A stretch of DNA of 56,739 nt, the filler included, from Dirinaria sp. TL-2023a (taxonomy: Eukaryota), in NCBI GenBank assembly GCA_051941275.1. It is 2 parts of 2 records of this genome, joined end to end, with 100 filler letters (N's around TTAATTAATTAA, not from the genome) between each part and the next. Parts side by side here need not be neighbours in the genome. Positions count along the whole stretch, not along the records: positions 1 to 28,347 come from JAVEBF010000127.1; 1 more part is not named here. The stretch is one strand, 5' to 3'. The stretch's first letter is position 1. Each line of letters begins with the position of its first letter. The notes beneath the pieces are model-generated. The model saw only the letters and a program-made list of their open reading frames with translations. It was not told where the DNA came from and made no database searches. Position numbers and translations under genes: made by a program. This document shows positions 10,387 through 23,839 of this stretch, piece by piece.

Positions 10387-11388
10387 ATGTATTCTGTACT
10401 CAAAGGTGGTTCGAGCCTTTGCTTTCTCCTTGCCATTGCTGGATTGGTCAGCGGACAGAGCTCAGGCGTCAATGCGACAGACCTGAGCAACTGGCCAACG
10501 TGCGCTGTAATGAGAGATCCCCAGGACCAAATCCGATGAACGTTACGGCTGACCGGTGATTTTTAGCAAAAATGCATCCCACTTGGCTTTGGGCCACCCG
10601 CGAATTGCGGAAGCCTTTCGAACCTCGATTGCGTCTGCACAAAGCCCGAATTCACCCTCGCCATCGGGCGTTGCGAGCAAATGACTTGTACGGAGACGGA
10701 AAAGCTACAAATCCAGTCCCTCAGCAAAGTGCTGTGCGCTCCTGTCGGCGGTGTCGGGGCAGCAGTCAGTAGTGCCCAGCCGCCGGCCAGTTTCTTCGCA
10801 ACCACCCATGCGGCGGCGACTGTGTCGACGACCACCACGCCCGTCCTCGTCGCGCCGACACCGGCCCCGACGGTGAGCGGCAACGCGTCCGACTTGAGCT
10901 CCTACCCGGTATGTGCCCAGCAATGCTTCAACAAGACCGTGTCCCGTTTATCACTTACCCCGGACCAAATCACGGATCCGAGCGTGATCTGCGGACCGGA
11001 ACTGCGCAGCTTGACCGCTGCTTGCGAGGCGGTGTCGTGCGATGCGCTCGACTACCAGCAAGATACTCGGCTGGGGCAGGTGTTCTGTGGCCCGCTGTAC
11101 AAGGACAACACCTCGCTCAGCGCAACCGTAGCTGCCGCCATCGGATCGGCGACCCATGCGGCAGCAGCAGCGGCAGCAGCAGCCTCGACGGGCTTCACTC
11201 CCTCCTCCGCCAATAATGCCTCCGTGACTGGCGCTGCAGGAGCACCGCCACCCACGCCATCGGCTTTCACCGGCGGCGCAAGTGGTTGTTTCTCGGTCTG
11301 GACGACGACCAGCGGTAGTAGTATGACTGGCTTCCTTTTGCTGGGATCGTCGCTTGGGATCGTGGTCATGGTATTCGGTGTCTATTAA
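10387..11388 (+). CDS. Secreted, probably GPI-anchored protein with two CFEM domains
   Basis: Signal peptide MYSVLKGGSSLCFLLAIAGLVSG; intron 10507-10566; CFEM1 PTCA-QKC..NC..DCVC..RCEQMTC..LC; Thr/Pro linker; CFEM2 PVCAQQC..IC..ACEAVSC..FC; Ala/Ser/Thr stalk; hydrophobic C-terminus. Confidence 0.85.
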
Positions 11389-12395
11389 GCTTTCGAGTAA
11401 AAAATTCCATGCATACGTAATGTAGAGAGAGAGGGAACTTTCAATTTGACCAACTGCTCTCTCAAAAGCCTAGATAAAATAAAAGTTTTAAAGCAATATA
11501 CATAGGAAACTGAGCATTTTAAGTAAGCAAAACCACTTCCCTTAAACAATCCGCCGAGCTCAAGCATCCCTCTTCGGACCCTTTTTTTTTTTTTGCTATC
11601 GAAACCTCTCCCATCGATATATCCCTGGATCAGAAGGTTTACAGTCAGTCAGACGATCGTCACTGACCATTTATTTACGCATATATATCGGTTTTTCCCT
11701 CCTTCAACTAACGCTTCGCTGGTATTTAATTTCATTTTGATATTAGTAGTTGAGTTTTTTAGTTTTTTGGATGGATGGATGGATGAACGGATGGATGGTC
11801 GGGATGCGATGTGCTGTAATGTAGATTATAATAGATATAACCTGGGTGGATGGAAATGGGATATGAAGGGAAACAATTATTTTTCATGTAAGAATCTTAC
11901 TTTTTCATTCTGTCCTTCTTTAGGACATAGGGATTAGGTTGTGGAGTGAAGGGGACTCGTGAAAGAGAATGGCAGGAGAGGGGGGGGAAATAAAAAAAAA
12001 AAAAATTCGACTTCACGACGGCCAGCGAAGACCTTGGAGTACTTTAGACAGAGGCATGCAAGCAAATAAAACATAGTTTCTTCTTCTCTTTTCGGCCATT
12101 GGTCTCAATCTAATTGGAAAAAAAGGAGGAGAGCCAGTGATCGCCCGACTTCTGCTACAAGCAACATGCCTCTAATACATCCACTCCAACACTGTCACTT
12201 GCCGGTTTGATTCCAACCACAGCTTCTTTTTTTTTTTTTTGCATATACCGGCGTTGGCAGTTCATGACACCGTGCTCTAATTCGCTTGCTTGCAGAACCA
12301 ATAAGAGGCTTTTCGCCAGACGAACACATATCACTGTAAGAGGCTGTTCGTGGTCAGTGGTACGCAGAAAATCCATTTTGCCGAGCCAACACACC

Positions 12396-13920
<1,525 letters not shown>

Positions 13921-15009
13921 GGCGATTTAGGTTGTGGGGCGCAAGGGAGATAGTACGAGAGATATGAGGGGGTATGGAAGAAGTGTAAGGACTACTGGTG
14001 GTAGGAAAGAGTTTGTAGACAAAGGATGGCGACTGTCTCTAAAGAGTCGTGGAGGCAGGTGCAGGAAGATGGTTCACTACAGCACTTTAATGGTGTTGGC
14101 CTCCTTGTGCGGCAAGCGAGGCTGGCTAAAATTTTAGCTGATCGACGAACAGGAAGCCTCGACTACACACGCAAAAAAAAAAGCTGAAGATCGCCCTTGC
14201 CCTTCACAGGCTTAATTCATCGGCTGACAAGCTCTCATTTAATCACCTCTACATGTCCACTTTATCATTGCTGCCTCCAAGATCGTACAATGCTTACGCA
14301 GCTCTACAAAGCCAAGAGTAGGCAGCGAGGTTTATGATCTTCAAACGCGCGTCTACTAATTGCTACTAATCGAATGCAAGAGCTGTTGGCTTGATTCAGA
14401 TTGGTCTGGGAATCTGCTCATAAGCAGTCCTACTGGAATTTTTCGCAGGTGAGCAAGTTGCCCTGACGGGTGGCTGAATACTCCGTACTCCGTACATGGC
14501 CCTTCCTCCCTTCGTACCATGGCTATTTGCCGCTACAGATTTGCGGATGGCTTGGCAGCTTGGCAGCTTGGCACATCACAGTGGAGGGTAAAGTCATGTA
14601 GGTAGCAAGCAGTACGGAGTACGGATGCGGATACAGGTACCTCCGTACCCGCTGGTGCTGCTGTTCCCCTTGCAGCATCCACAGAGCTACCTTATCATGA
14701 TAGGTTTAGATTCTTCCCCCAACACAACAGAACGAAGGAGTTCGGACCGAACAAGAACCTGAATTGGTACTTCTATGGCTTGCGGAAGGGATTGAATCCG
14801 TGATCCGTTGATCCCAATTGGAGTGAGCCTCGGGCCTGTTCACCACGGACTGTGGGTATATCCCGAGACTCTCGACCGTGCTCCTTCCTGATATTGCATT
14901 TGCCTTTGCTGCGGACATTCGAGTCCCAGGCGAACAGATAATTGATCTACGAATGAGTTGCTATGGATACTACGCGACGCATACTCTGCAAGAAGCTAGT
15001 TGCTATAAC

Positions 15010-15810
15010 CTTATAAACTTCAACAACATTGCCGTTCGTAACGGCTCCTACATCTTGCCAGAATTGGTTGAAAGTCTGTAGGCTGTGCAAGAATACTGTA
15101 CAAGTGGATCCTGTGACAATCCTCGCTTTTCTCTGGCGTCTCAGTCGCTACATGTAGCTTGGCGTTCGAGAATGATAGAACCAGGGACAGGTTTCGATAA
15201 GAACACCATATATTGAGCAACTAACATTTGACCCTTGAGTTGAAAAGATGAAGAAGGCTGGCTCTGTACACTCATAATATCGTTCTTGTGTTGCGAATAT
15301 CCAATGGCTGGAGTGGATTCCCTTTTCTAACCCACCCGCCAGACACTTGGCGTGCATCGCTCCTCAAACGCAGGAGAGCTCGAATCCTAGATCAAAAAAA
15401 ACTAGCTCTATATCGAGGGGACTCCTTACTGCCGAAGAGGAAGTGCGCCGGTAGATGATTTTGCATAGGTCTTGCCCTAGGCAGCAACCTACTTCGAGGA
15501 TCGTTCGACCTGACTTGACCTGTGAGCTAACTTCTGGAGAGTTGGAATATGTGGCTCTTGTGAGATCGAGGGACCGCAAATACGCAATACCGGGTTAAGT
15601 CCAGATAGCGAAGGCGCCAACGTTCATTACTATTATCAATGCAACTTTAACGATCTGCTAAGTTGACAATAACTCTTGGTCGATGTAATAGCTCATCACC
15701 ATGTCGTTAATATTTTCTTATCGCGAGATGCTGATATATCTCAGATCCAATATGGTCACCGTAAGTCACCTGGCGGTGTCGTAAATGCTCGTTCTGGGGA
15801 GTCCGGGCAT
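15010..15810 (-). pseudogene. Degenerate SAM-dependent methyltransferase (fungal AusD/Trt5/AdrK-like family)
   Basis: Fragments in different frames: AFAIWT*PGIAYLRSLDL (stop at 15595-15597), ILEVGCCLGQDL, FFDLGFEL, ASLLHLFN, FLSKPVPGSIILERQ, FLHSLQTFNQFWQDVG. These follow the family order PYPCIG.FRFLDL / LDLGCCFGQD / FHLF / PGS.I.GRQ / H..ESF..LW.EVG; stops and frameshifts throughout. Confidence 0.75.
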
Positions 15811-16820
15811 AAGACGCTTGTTTTAGTAGTCGAAGATTGATGTTGTGGAGTTGCTCTGACTATTCACAGTAGTTGGCAGAGCTCCGGCGGACGAGGAAGA
15901 AAATGATGGTGAATCAAAGGCGCTCAGCTCGAGGAAGTGGAGAAGAAAGATGACCTGCACCTTGAGATCTTGAGGTGTGATTTGAAGATGGAGGGTGCTT
16001 GTGTGAGGCGATGAGGGACCGATGTTATTCGAATCGAGATCGTCTGTTGGAATACAATGCTTGAATGGAATAGTTTTGCCGCGCGAATTTTAATATCGAG
16101 GCGTAGAGCTTCCTATGTAGACAATTGAAAAAAACTTGAGCGACGATAGACAATAGGGGAACCCCAGAAACGTGAAAATAGTACTTTTTTTTTTTTACGA
16201 GCAAGAATTTTAGATTCCTAAGCCATTAATTCTTCCTTGGGAAATTTTCTCCCGTGCCGAATTCATAACGAGTCTCATCGAACATACTTACCTACTTTTG
16301 CGTTAGCCAATCAGTCTCTCTATCGCCAATAAGGTAAGATACCTGAAGTATCGACCTCACTCAGCACAGCTAAAGAAATTTTCCTCTTTAGCATACACGC
16401 ATGGCATCAGCTCGACGATAGAATATTAGAACGAGATTTGGCCAGCAAACTACCTTAATTCAAGAATTGAATTCATGAAGCCTATACTGACTGTAGTCTG
16501 ATTATTGTTCCTCTGCAGGATAAAATTCGCGGTAAAACGAGGGAGTGGTATGACAGAAGTCTTGGCACAGCTTGGCATTAAATCGCGTGGTGGGGCAAAC
16601 CGGGTACGATACCCGCCGATTCCGCCGGAAACTACTACTCCACCATAATGAAAACGAAAACCACCACGGCAACAATGATGCTCCTCCGGGGATCGTACAC
16701 AGCTGCGACGAGCAGCTTCTTGTCAGATGCCCCGCGCGTCTCGCTCTGTCTATCAATACATCATCCAGAGCCATGATAACAGGCTCCAAATCCCGTTCTT
16801 GCTAAGTAACAGGAAGAAAC

Positions 16821-16860
16821 GGTTCGAACCGAACCGAAGCCCGGAGCATGTTCACGAACG
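16821..16860 (+). promoter_or_regulatory. Possible heat-shock element upstream of FES1
   Basis: nGAAn units: GGTTCGAACCGAACCGAAG (16821-16839) and TTCACGAA (16851-16858), about 190 bp upstream of an Hsp70 co-factor gene. Confidence 0.35.
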
Positions 16861-17040
16861 ATCCATCGTCAGAGGCACCCAAATTCAAACATCAACTATA
16901 AAATAAAACCTCGCAACCCTTGGCTGTGTTTCTCAGGAGAAAAATAAAACCAAAGTTCACTTTCCGATACTATTTCCCTTCCTCACCTAATCCTTTCCCA
17001 CCCTACCTTTCCCAACTTGCCTAAGCCAAAGCAAAGGAGC

Positions 17041-17798
17041 ATGGACAAGAACTTAAACCAGCTCCTAAAATGGAGCATCGAAAACTCCTCCTCCTCGCGC
17101 GCCGACCCGTCTTCCGAAAACGACCCCAAAGCCGTGCGCGAAGACTGGCCCGCGGGCCGGGGTCTGAACCCGGAAGCATTGGCGGCGCTGATGGGCGGTC
17201 CGTCGGACGCGCAACTGATGCAGGAAGCCATGGCCGCGATCACATCGCCGGACACCTCGCTCGAGCAGAAAACGGTTGCATTCGACAATCTGGAGCAACT
17301 GATCGAAGTGATCGACAACGCGAACAATATGGAGTCGTTGGGCCTGTGGACGCCGCTGGTAGGCCAGTTGGATAGTGAGCAGGCGGAGATGAGGCGGATG
17401 GCCGCGTGGTGTCTGGGGACGGCTGTGCAGAATAATTTCAAGGCGCAGGAACGGGTGAGTTTTTGTTAGCCCCTTTTTTTCTCTGGGTTATTATGTTGTT
17501 GGGGTGCTGGGGGCGGGGGCTGACTTTTTGGGATGTGCAGATGCTGGTGCTAGGTGCGATACCGAAGCTTGTATCTCTGGCGACGTCGGACTCGAATGAG
17601 CCTGTCAGACGGAAAGCTATATATGCTTTGTCGAGCGAGATTAGGAATTACCAGCCTGCGTTTGAGGAGGCGGTAAAGTCATTGCCGGAGGATGTGAGGC
17701 CTTCGGGGAAGGTTGATGCTGGGGATATGGAAGCTGTGGATCAGGTCATGGAGAGACTGCGGGACATCTCGCAGAAGAAGGTATCCGACACCTCGTAA
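17041..17798 (+). CDS. FES1: Hsp70 nucleotide exchange factor Fes1
   Basis: [70 protein letters not shown]; intron 17455-17540. Confidence 0.93.
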
Positions 17799-18083
17799 CT
17801 GATGAAGGTTTGTGAGGAAGGTATTCGAAACTGCTGCAAATGCCTTTGATACCCTGGATAAAGCTAGAGCAGACTGAAGACGCTATTAATCCATCGATGA
17901 ACCAATCTCGGTTTTCTTCCCATTCAGCAGGTGTTCAAGCCTACATCATGTTGTTCAGGCTAAGGTGGCAGCAATGATACATACAAATCCCTGACTCAAA
18001 TCCATGGTGCTAGATGCTCGTATCCCACAACACAACGCCATGTAGTGCAATATAATAGTAACGCTCAACATCCGAATCTAGAA

Positions 18084-19015
18084 TTATCGGACATCTGGGG
18101 CCGCCGCGGCCGCAATTTCATGATTAATCGCCGTCGTTCCCGTATCTTGCGGCCTGCCCTCGAACAGCCGTCTCCACCACATTGGAGGATCCAGGGGTCG
18201 TTGGCCGTCATGTAGCGAAGGATAGACGTCACAGAAGAAATACCACACTGCACACGACGGTCAGTATATCCAACTTTCACCCAATCAACGCTGTACGAAA
18301 AAAACCTACCGTGCCCGACAATAACGCCACACAGCTCATCTTTTGGCACGCTCCCATGCAACACCAGGCTAAAGGCCATCAAGACCCAGGGCAGATACGG
18401 CGCCGTGAACACCAGGAGCCCCAGGAAACTCAATCTGGTCTCCGGATTGCGCCGCGACCAGATATATACCAGGGAGCTGCTCAGCGCCGATCCCAGGAAG
18501 GGCATCGAGAGCATCGGAGACAGGCAGAGGAGTATGCTGGTGGCGTAGAGAAGAAGCCAGGAGAAGTGTGCGGCGGAGCGGCCTGATGTCTCTTCAAGGA
18601 GGCGCGAGTAGCGTTGGAGGAAAAAGACGTGGAAGAGAAGGTCGAGGGAGAGAGGTCCGAAGTAGACAAAGGTCGTTAGAAGGCGCCAATACTGCACAGA
18701 AGAAAATCATGATCAGCATGTCTTTTTCCGGTAATTGGAAGCTATGATAGATACACAGGATTCAAAGAAGTGCAAAGAGGTTTGGTTGCGAGGACTGTCT
18801 TTGTGAGGAGTACATACCTGATTTTTCACAAACACGGCTCGGAAACTGTAGAACAGCTGGAACGGGGTGAGGATATGACACTGAACCAAGACTGAAGTTG
18901 CAACAGTAGCGACAGTCCACCATCGTGTGCATATAGGCATCTCGTAGAACCACTGTTCAAGGGGGAATTGTCCCATAGCTCCTCCTCCCCCACCCAGCAT
19001 GTTGTCCATGTCCAT
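18084..19015 (-). CDS. DER1: Derlin (ERAD component Der1-like)
   Basis: EMPICTRWW, Q|YWRLLTTFVYFG, YSRLLEE, VYIWSRRNP, APYLPW, GH|VWYFFCDVYP; exons 19015-18818, 18691-18310, 18247-18084. Confidence 0.92.
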
Positions 19016-19764
19016 CTCGACAGGCTAGTCTGGCTGAGGCGAAAGGGCACGAGAGTGAGTCTTATCACACTGACGACTGTAGTGAGGAAGGTCAGCAATT
19101 TCCGTCCTTCTCCGCTCTCATCTAAATGATGTCAAGTTATGTGAATGGAACTTCGAGCTCGATGTATGTATTAAAAGCAACGTACTTGGCAACGTGGAAG
19201 CGCTGGCAAGAATAAGCTTTCAGACAGGACACACGGGCCAGGGTTCAAATGCAGATCCCTTGCATGAATAATGACGGGCATCGGAGAAACCACGGACATG
19301 GTCAGTGAAATATTACTGCTACTAATGTAATGTAAAATTATTGGGCCCAGCTGATGTGCTGCCAAGGCTTTCTTTTGGCGAGGACGCGATCCAGAGCACC
19401 CTTTAGCATGTCGCGGATCCAAAGTGTCAACAAACCAGTGGTATTCACTTGTCGCGAAAGAAGAAAGCACTCCGCAACACCACCCAAAACCTTTCTATTG
19501 CTAAGTACAAATGAGGATTGCTATGCGACAATCACCAACCCCCCAACCCAGCCTTTCGACCCAAAAAGCGCGGGTAAATTCGCGTTGACGGTCGAAAACA
19601 TTAATTCCCAGCCACCCCGCCTCAGCGCGCGTCCACATTCTCCACGCTCCTCCTCCACCAAAAACCACACCTTTTGAATTCTCCCATTGAAAAAGAAAGG
19701 ACAAAAAACCGCTTGAACTAGAGTACACTTGATAGCAACCGATTTATTGTCCCTTCCCCCGTAA

Positions 19765-20480
19765 ATGGCAGGTCAAAAGCAAAATCGAGGGCGACGGACA
19801 GGCACCGCTCACCCAATCGGTCAAACATCGCGGAAAGGACGTCCGTCTCTGGGTGGTGGTACCGGTGGCAGGGGAGGCAGATTCGGCGGAAAGACGATTG
19901 GCGCCGCGAGCAAATCGGCGAAAAGGAGGAGCAGCGAGATCGGTGGTAGTGGTGGTGGGTCGCTCCTTCTCCAGCAGCTCGAACAAGCTGTTGTTGTCGA
20001 GGAAGGAAATCTGCTGATGCAATTTGGGTGCTACTGTAGGCGATGGCGACCGCGCCCGCAAACCCAGGCGGTATAAGCCCGGGACGCTCGCGTTGAAGGA
20101 GATCAGACGGTACCAAAAGTCCACGGATCTACTCATGCTCAAGCTTCCTTTCTCGCGACTAGTATGCCCTCCTTCCCCCTCCCCTTCTTGTTGTCCTTTG
20201 CACCTGCCGTCTCTCATTTTCGACCCTCGAACCAATGCGTTCACTCACGTCTCTCTCCTAGGTACGTGAGATCGCTATGCAAATAGTCTCGATCAATGGC
20301 GAGCCGTTCCGTTGGCAGTCGCAAGCTATCCAAGCGCTGCAAGAGAGCTGCGAAGCGTTCATGGTACACTTGTTCGAGGATACAAACCTATGCGCCATAC
20401 ATGCGAAAAGAGTCACGATTATGCAGAAGGATATCCAGTTGGCAAGGAGGATCCGTGGTGCGTGGGGGGGTTTGGGGTAG
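19765..20480 (+). CDS. CSE4: Centromeric histone H3 variant CENP-A
   Basis: Divergent N-tail, then [33 protein letters not shown]; longer loop 1 and CenH3-type WQS and VHLFED; C-terminal [10 protein letters not shown]. Introns about 19955-20039 and 20162-20261. Confidence 0.92.
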
Positions 20481-20968
20481 ATACTTTGCGGGTCATGGAT
20501 GAGATATTGTTTGCTCCTACTCTTGGGCGCGTGGTGGAAGGGGGGCAAAAGATGCCTCCGCTCGGAGTGTGCTCCAATCGGTTGCTTGAATCGTACTTCT
20601 TAGGAGCTTGGGCGACGGGACGGTTTTCGTGCTGTTATGCAGCGGAATGGATGGGTTGCGCCTAGGTTTTACTCCATTGGAATGATCTTAATTCACTGCC
20701 AGCGAAGCAATATTTGTGGCGGTAAAAGTAGAGTGCTCCTTCAGAGCCGCAGATAGTGGTATGAGAGAAGGAACATTCGTCATTTCATGATACGCGTTTT
20801 CGGATGCTCCTTGTATGGGACAGACAATATTTCCCTCATGGGCTATCAAGCTCCAGCAGCGATACCGCCCAGCAATACAGGTTACCGACCTCCTACTTGT
20901 ACATCTTTTAGATACAGCATATAGCTCTCCAAAACAACCTGGAATTTAGCTTGCATCCACATGCGTCT

Positions 20969-23457
20969 TCATGTTCTGAGCCCATCAGTTTGGACTCTTT
21001 GCACTAATTCTGGCAATGCTCCAGCGATCTTCCTCCCCTCGGCTCTGACAGCATCTGCCTCACTCACTCTGCCTTGGATCTCGAGTGTGTCTCCAAGCAG
21101 CCCTGCACTGACACTCATCCACAACGTGTCCTTGCCTTTATTTGCAAGACTCTGACTTGCCCGAGCGCTCTTCTCCGCTTGCTGGCCCACAACACCCCTA
21201 AAAAATTTCCAACTCATAAGATTGAGCGTCATACACATGAGTTGGTTGTTAGCAACAACTTTGGCGGCCTGTAGCGCATTTTGAAGACATTGCTTCGTGC
21301 GCACGATGGTTTCAGCTGACGGTGCAATGGCAAGAATGAGATTGTAAGCGCTCATCAGTGCTTTGTTAGTGTTTTCAGCGCATAGGGGGCCCAGACGATC
21401 GATAAGAAGTGCAACTTCAGGAGAAGTAGGCGTGCGTGAACGGATGATGAGCAGTGAGTTGAGTGCTGCGAGGATCGACATATCTAAGCAGTGCTTGGAA
21501 GGAGCAGGCTTGTTCGGATGAGGTAGGGAAAAAGTCGGGCTCTGGAAGATCCGAAGTGCGGGATCGAGACGGCCAGTACCTTGATATATGAGCGCTTCAA
21601 GATAAATGACGATAACACGAAGGTCGGCAGGTACGTCGCCTTGCATTGCGTTCATGTCCTCCTTCAAAAGGCGCAGTCGGTCCGACGCTGCCGACCATGC
21701 CGTACGAGCACAGAGTGCAAAAGCAAGATGTAACTGCATGTAGCATTTCAAAGACTGCCACCACGACAACTGAGAGGCAGCAACAGTCGCTGATTGGGCT
21801 AGCTCCTCAGCTGCTCGAATGTTCACTAGCAACCTTGTTAGATCACGTAAGATAGGACAGCTGAGGAAACAGACTCTCTTGCTTGCGAAGGCCCTCGTTC
21901 AGCATATGCTCTGACCTTTGTCCATCAAGCGGATTTTTGTGAGCGGTACATATACCGCTTAGCAGGTAGCCGAAATTGTAGATATACTCTTTGGGCATCC
22001 AGTTGAACAACAGCCCCTGATGGCCGTTTGTCCCGTCTTGAATGATTCCCTTACAGCTCTTGTCTTGCGATGCCTGTGTGTGATTTATAGGTACCAAAAA
22101 ATTGCCAGTCTCGCTCGAAGATGAATTAGTATGTACTGCCTCGAGTGTCGTCTGCATGGCTTGCAACTTGGGTACTGCCTTTGCTGGGTCTAAGTATTGC
22201 AAGGTACAGCATAGGTCCACGAAATTTGTCATCGTAGCCAGTTGAGAGATCTCCGCCACTGCAGAATCAAATTGTAGGCTCCTGGCCGCGGCAAGTGCTC
22301 GCTGAGCCTGCTCAAGGGTCTCAGCACTACTACTCATCCGAACGTAACAGAGAGCTTCTAGAATTGATGCCAGAGCCGAGATTGCTCCGTCACCATGTCT
22401 TTCTGAAACTGATACAATGAATCGTAGTTGACCCAATGCGGAAAGAACGTCTTGACGTAATGACGACTCCAGACATAGAGATACACGAAGGAAGCGAAAA
22501 GCGTATACCCATGCGACATGCTGATAGCTAGACGGGTGTTAGCAGACATAAGCAATACTACGTCTGCACACTGACGCTTCAATGTCCCCTATTACTCGGT
22601 CAATATACTTCAGTGAAGCTTGGTTGTTTCGTCGATGTAAAACCCGAGCTAGAAGGTGCTGCATATTATACTTGAGATCAAAATTGCGCAGCTATTCAAC
22701 GTCAACAATGCGACCGGAAAAGTCAAAGCTTTCATCCAAAGCGCGTACTCTGTCACAGATGCTAATCTACACAACGTCAATACAGTCATACAATTGAGGA
22801 TTATCATATGGCAAGTACCCCTTTACTCAACGCTTCCTCGGCTTCCATGAAGTTTTCAGTCTCATCGTAGAGTACTGTGGCATAACGCAAGCGAATTCGA
22901 GCTTCCAGTAACGGTTGTAGTCTCCAATACTAATCCATGATTAAAGGACATCCTTGTTACAGAAACATCCATACCTTCAATACGGCTTCCAAGCAACCCA
23001 ATCCAGTAGCAATGAGTTTGTGATACGTCTGAGCATCCGATCGTCGTTTCATCCAAGCAACCTTAGACCCTCCAGCGTAGGCTGCTGCGAAATAGTCTTC
23101 GGCCAGAGAGACCAGAAGCAGCTGATGCTCAACCGAGAGCTGCGTAGGATTTGTTCGCACAGGCTCGACGGGCCTGGCTGCTGTTTTGATGCTCTGATGC
23201 CTCGGTGTATTTTTTGGAGAAGGAATTACGACTTGGACTGACTGAGACACTTTTGGCTGAACATCAGGCTGAGATCGAGGGTTCACGCCATTGGTTGGGG
23301 TACGAATCAAATCTACATGTTTGTTCTCGAACGCAATATGACTGGAAGAAATGCCATTGGCGTACGTCTGATCATACGATTTCCTCGCTCCATTAGAGAC
23401 ATATTGATGAGGTAGATGTCCATCCCTGGTATGCGCATTCTCATAAGGATAGGCCAT
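20969..23457 (-). CDS. SCC4: Cohesin loader subunit Scc4/MAU2 (Ssl3)
   Basis: LLVSLAEDYFAAA..YHKLIATGLGCLEAVL, RIRLRYATVL.DET, WVYAFRFL, and C-terminal NQLMCMTLNLM..KFFRGVVGQQAEKSARAS..LWMSVS, as in fungal cohesin loading factors; multi-exon, internal boundaries not fully traced. Confidence 0.82.
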
Positions 23458-23839
23458 GTCTCGGGTATGAAAACAGTCTACAGCCTACACGTGGGGGACC
23501 CACTTGGCTGTACGTTATCCATCTCGTTCGAGGCTCTCGAGGCTTTCGAAGATTTCATGATAGGGAAGAGACGATTGAGGTAGCTTTTAGGTGTCAACAT
23601 TCGAGATGGCGTTCAACGCGGCTATCAAGTCGTACGCTAGCCGCGTTTCAATACACATGCCTTCCATTTATGATACATTACGCCTCGATGTTCAAGACGA
23701 CTTGTGGCGGAAAGACTAAGTATTGTAGCTTAACATCCTTGGTCAAGGAGCCATGTCAAAAGGTTTGCAAAGATTCTTCAAGTTTGCTGCTTTATTAGGA
23801 ACATGGATCTTATCCTGATCAAGCATCAGAGTGTCGAGA

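Noticed and set aside
16284..16293. ATACTTACCT, identical to the U1 snRNA 5' end
   Set aside because: No U1 stem-loops or Sm site follow; it is simply the reverse complement of a splice donor.
19765..20480. Canonical histone H3
   Set aside because: No ARTKQTARKS tail, and CenH3-type residues (WQS, long loop 1) indicate CENP-A.
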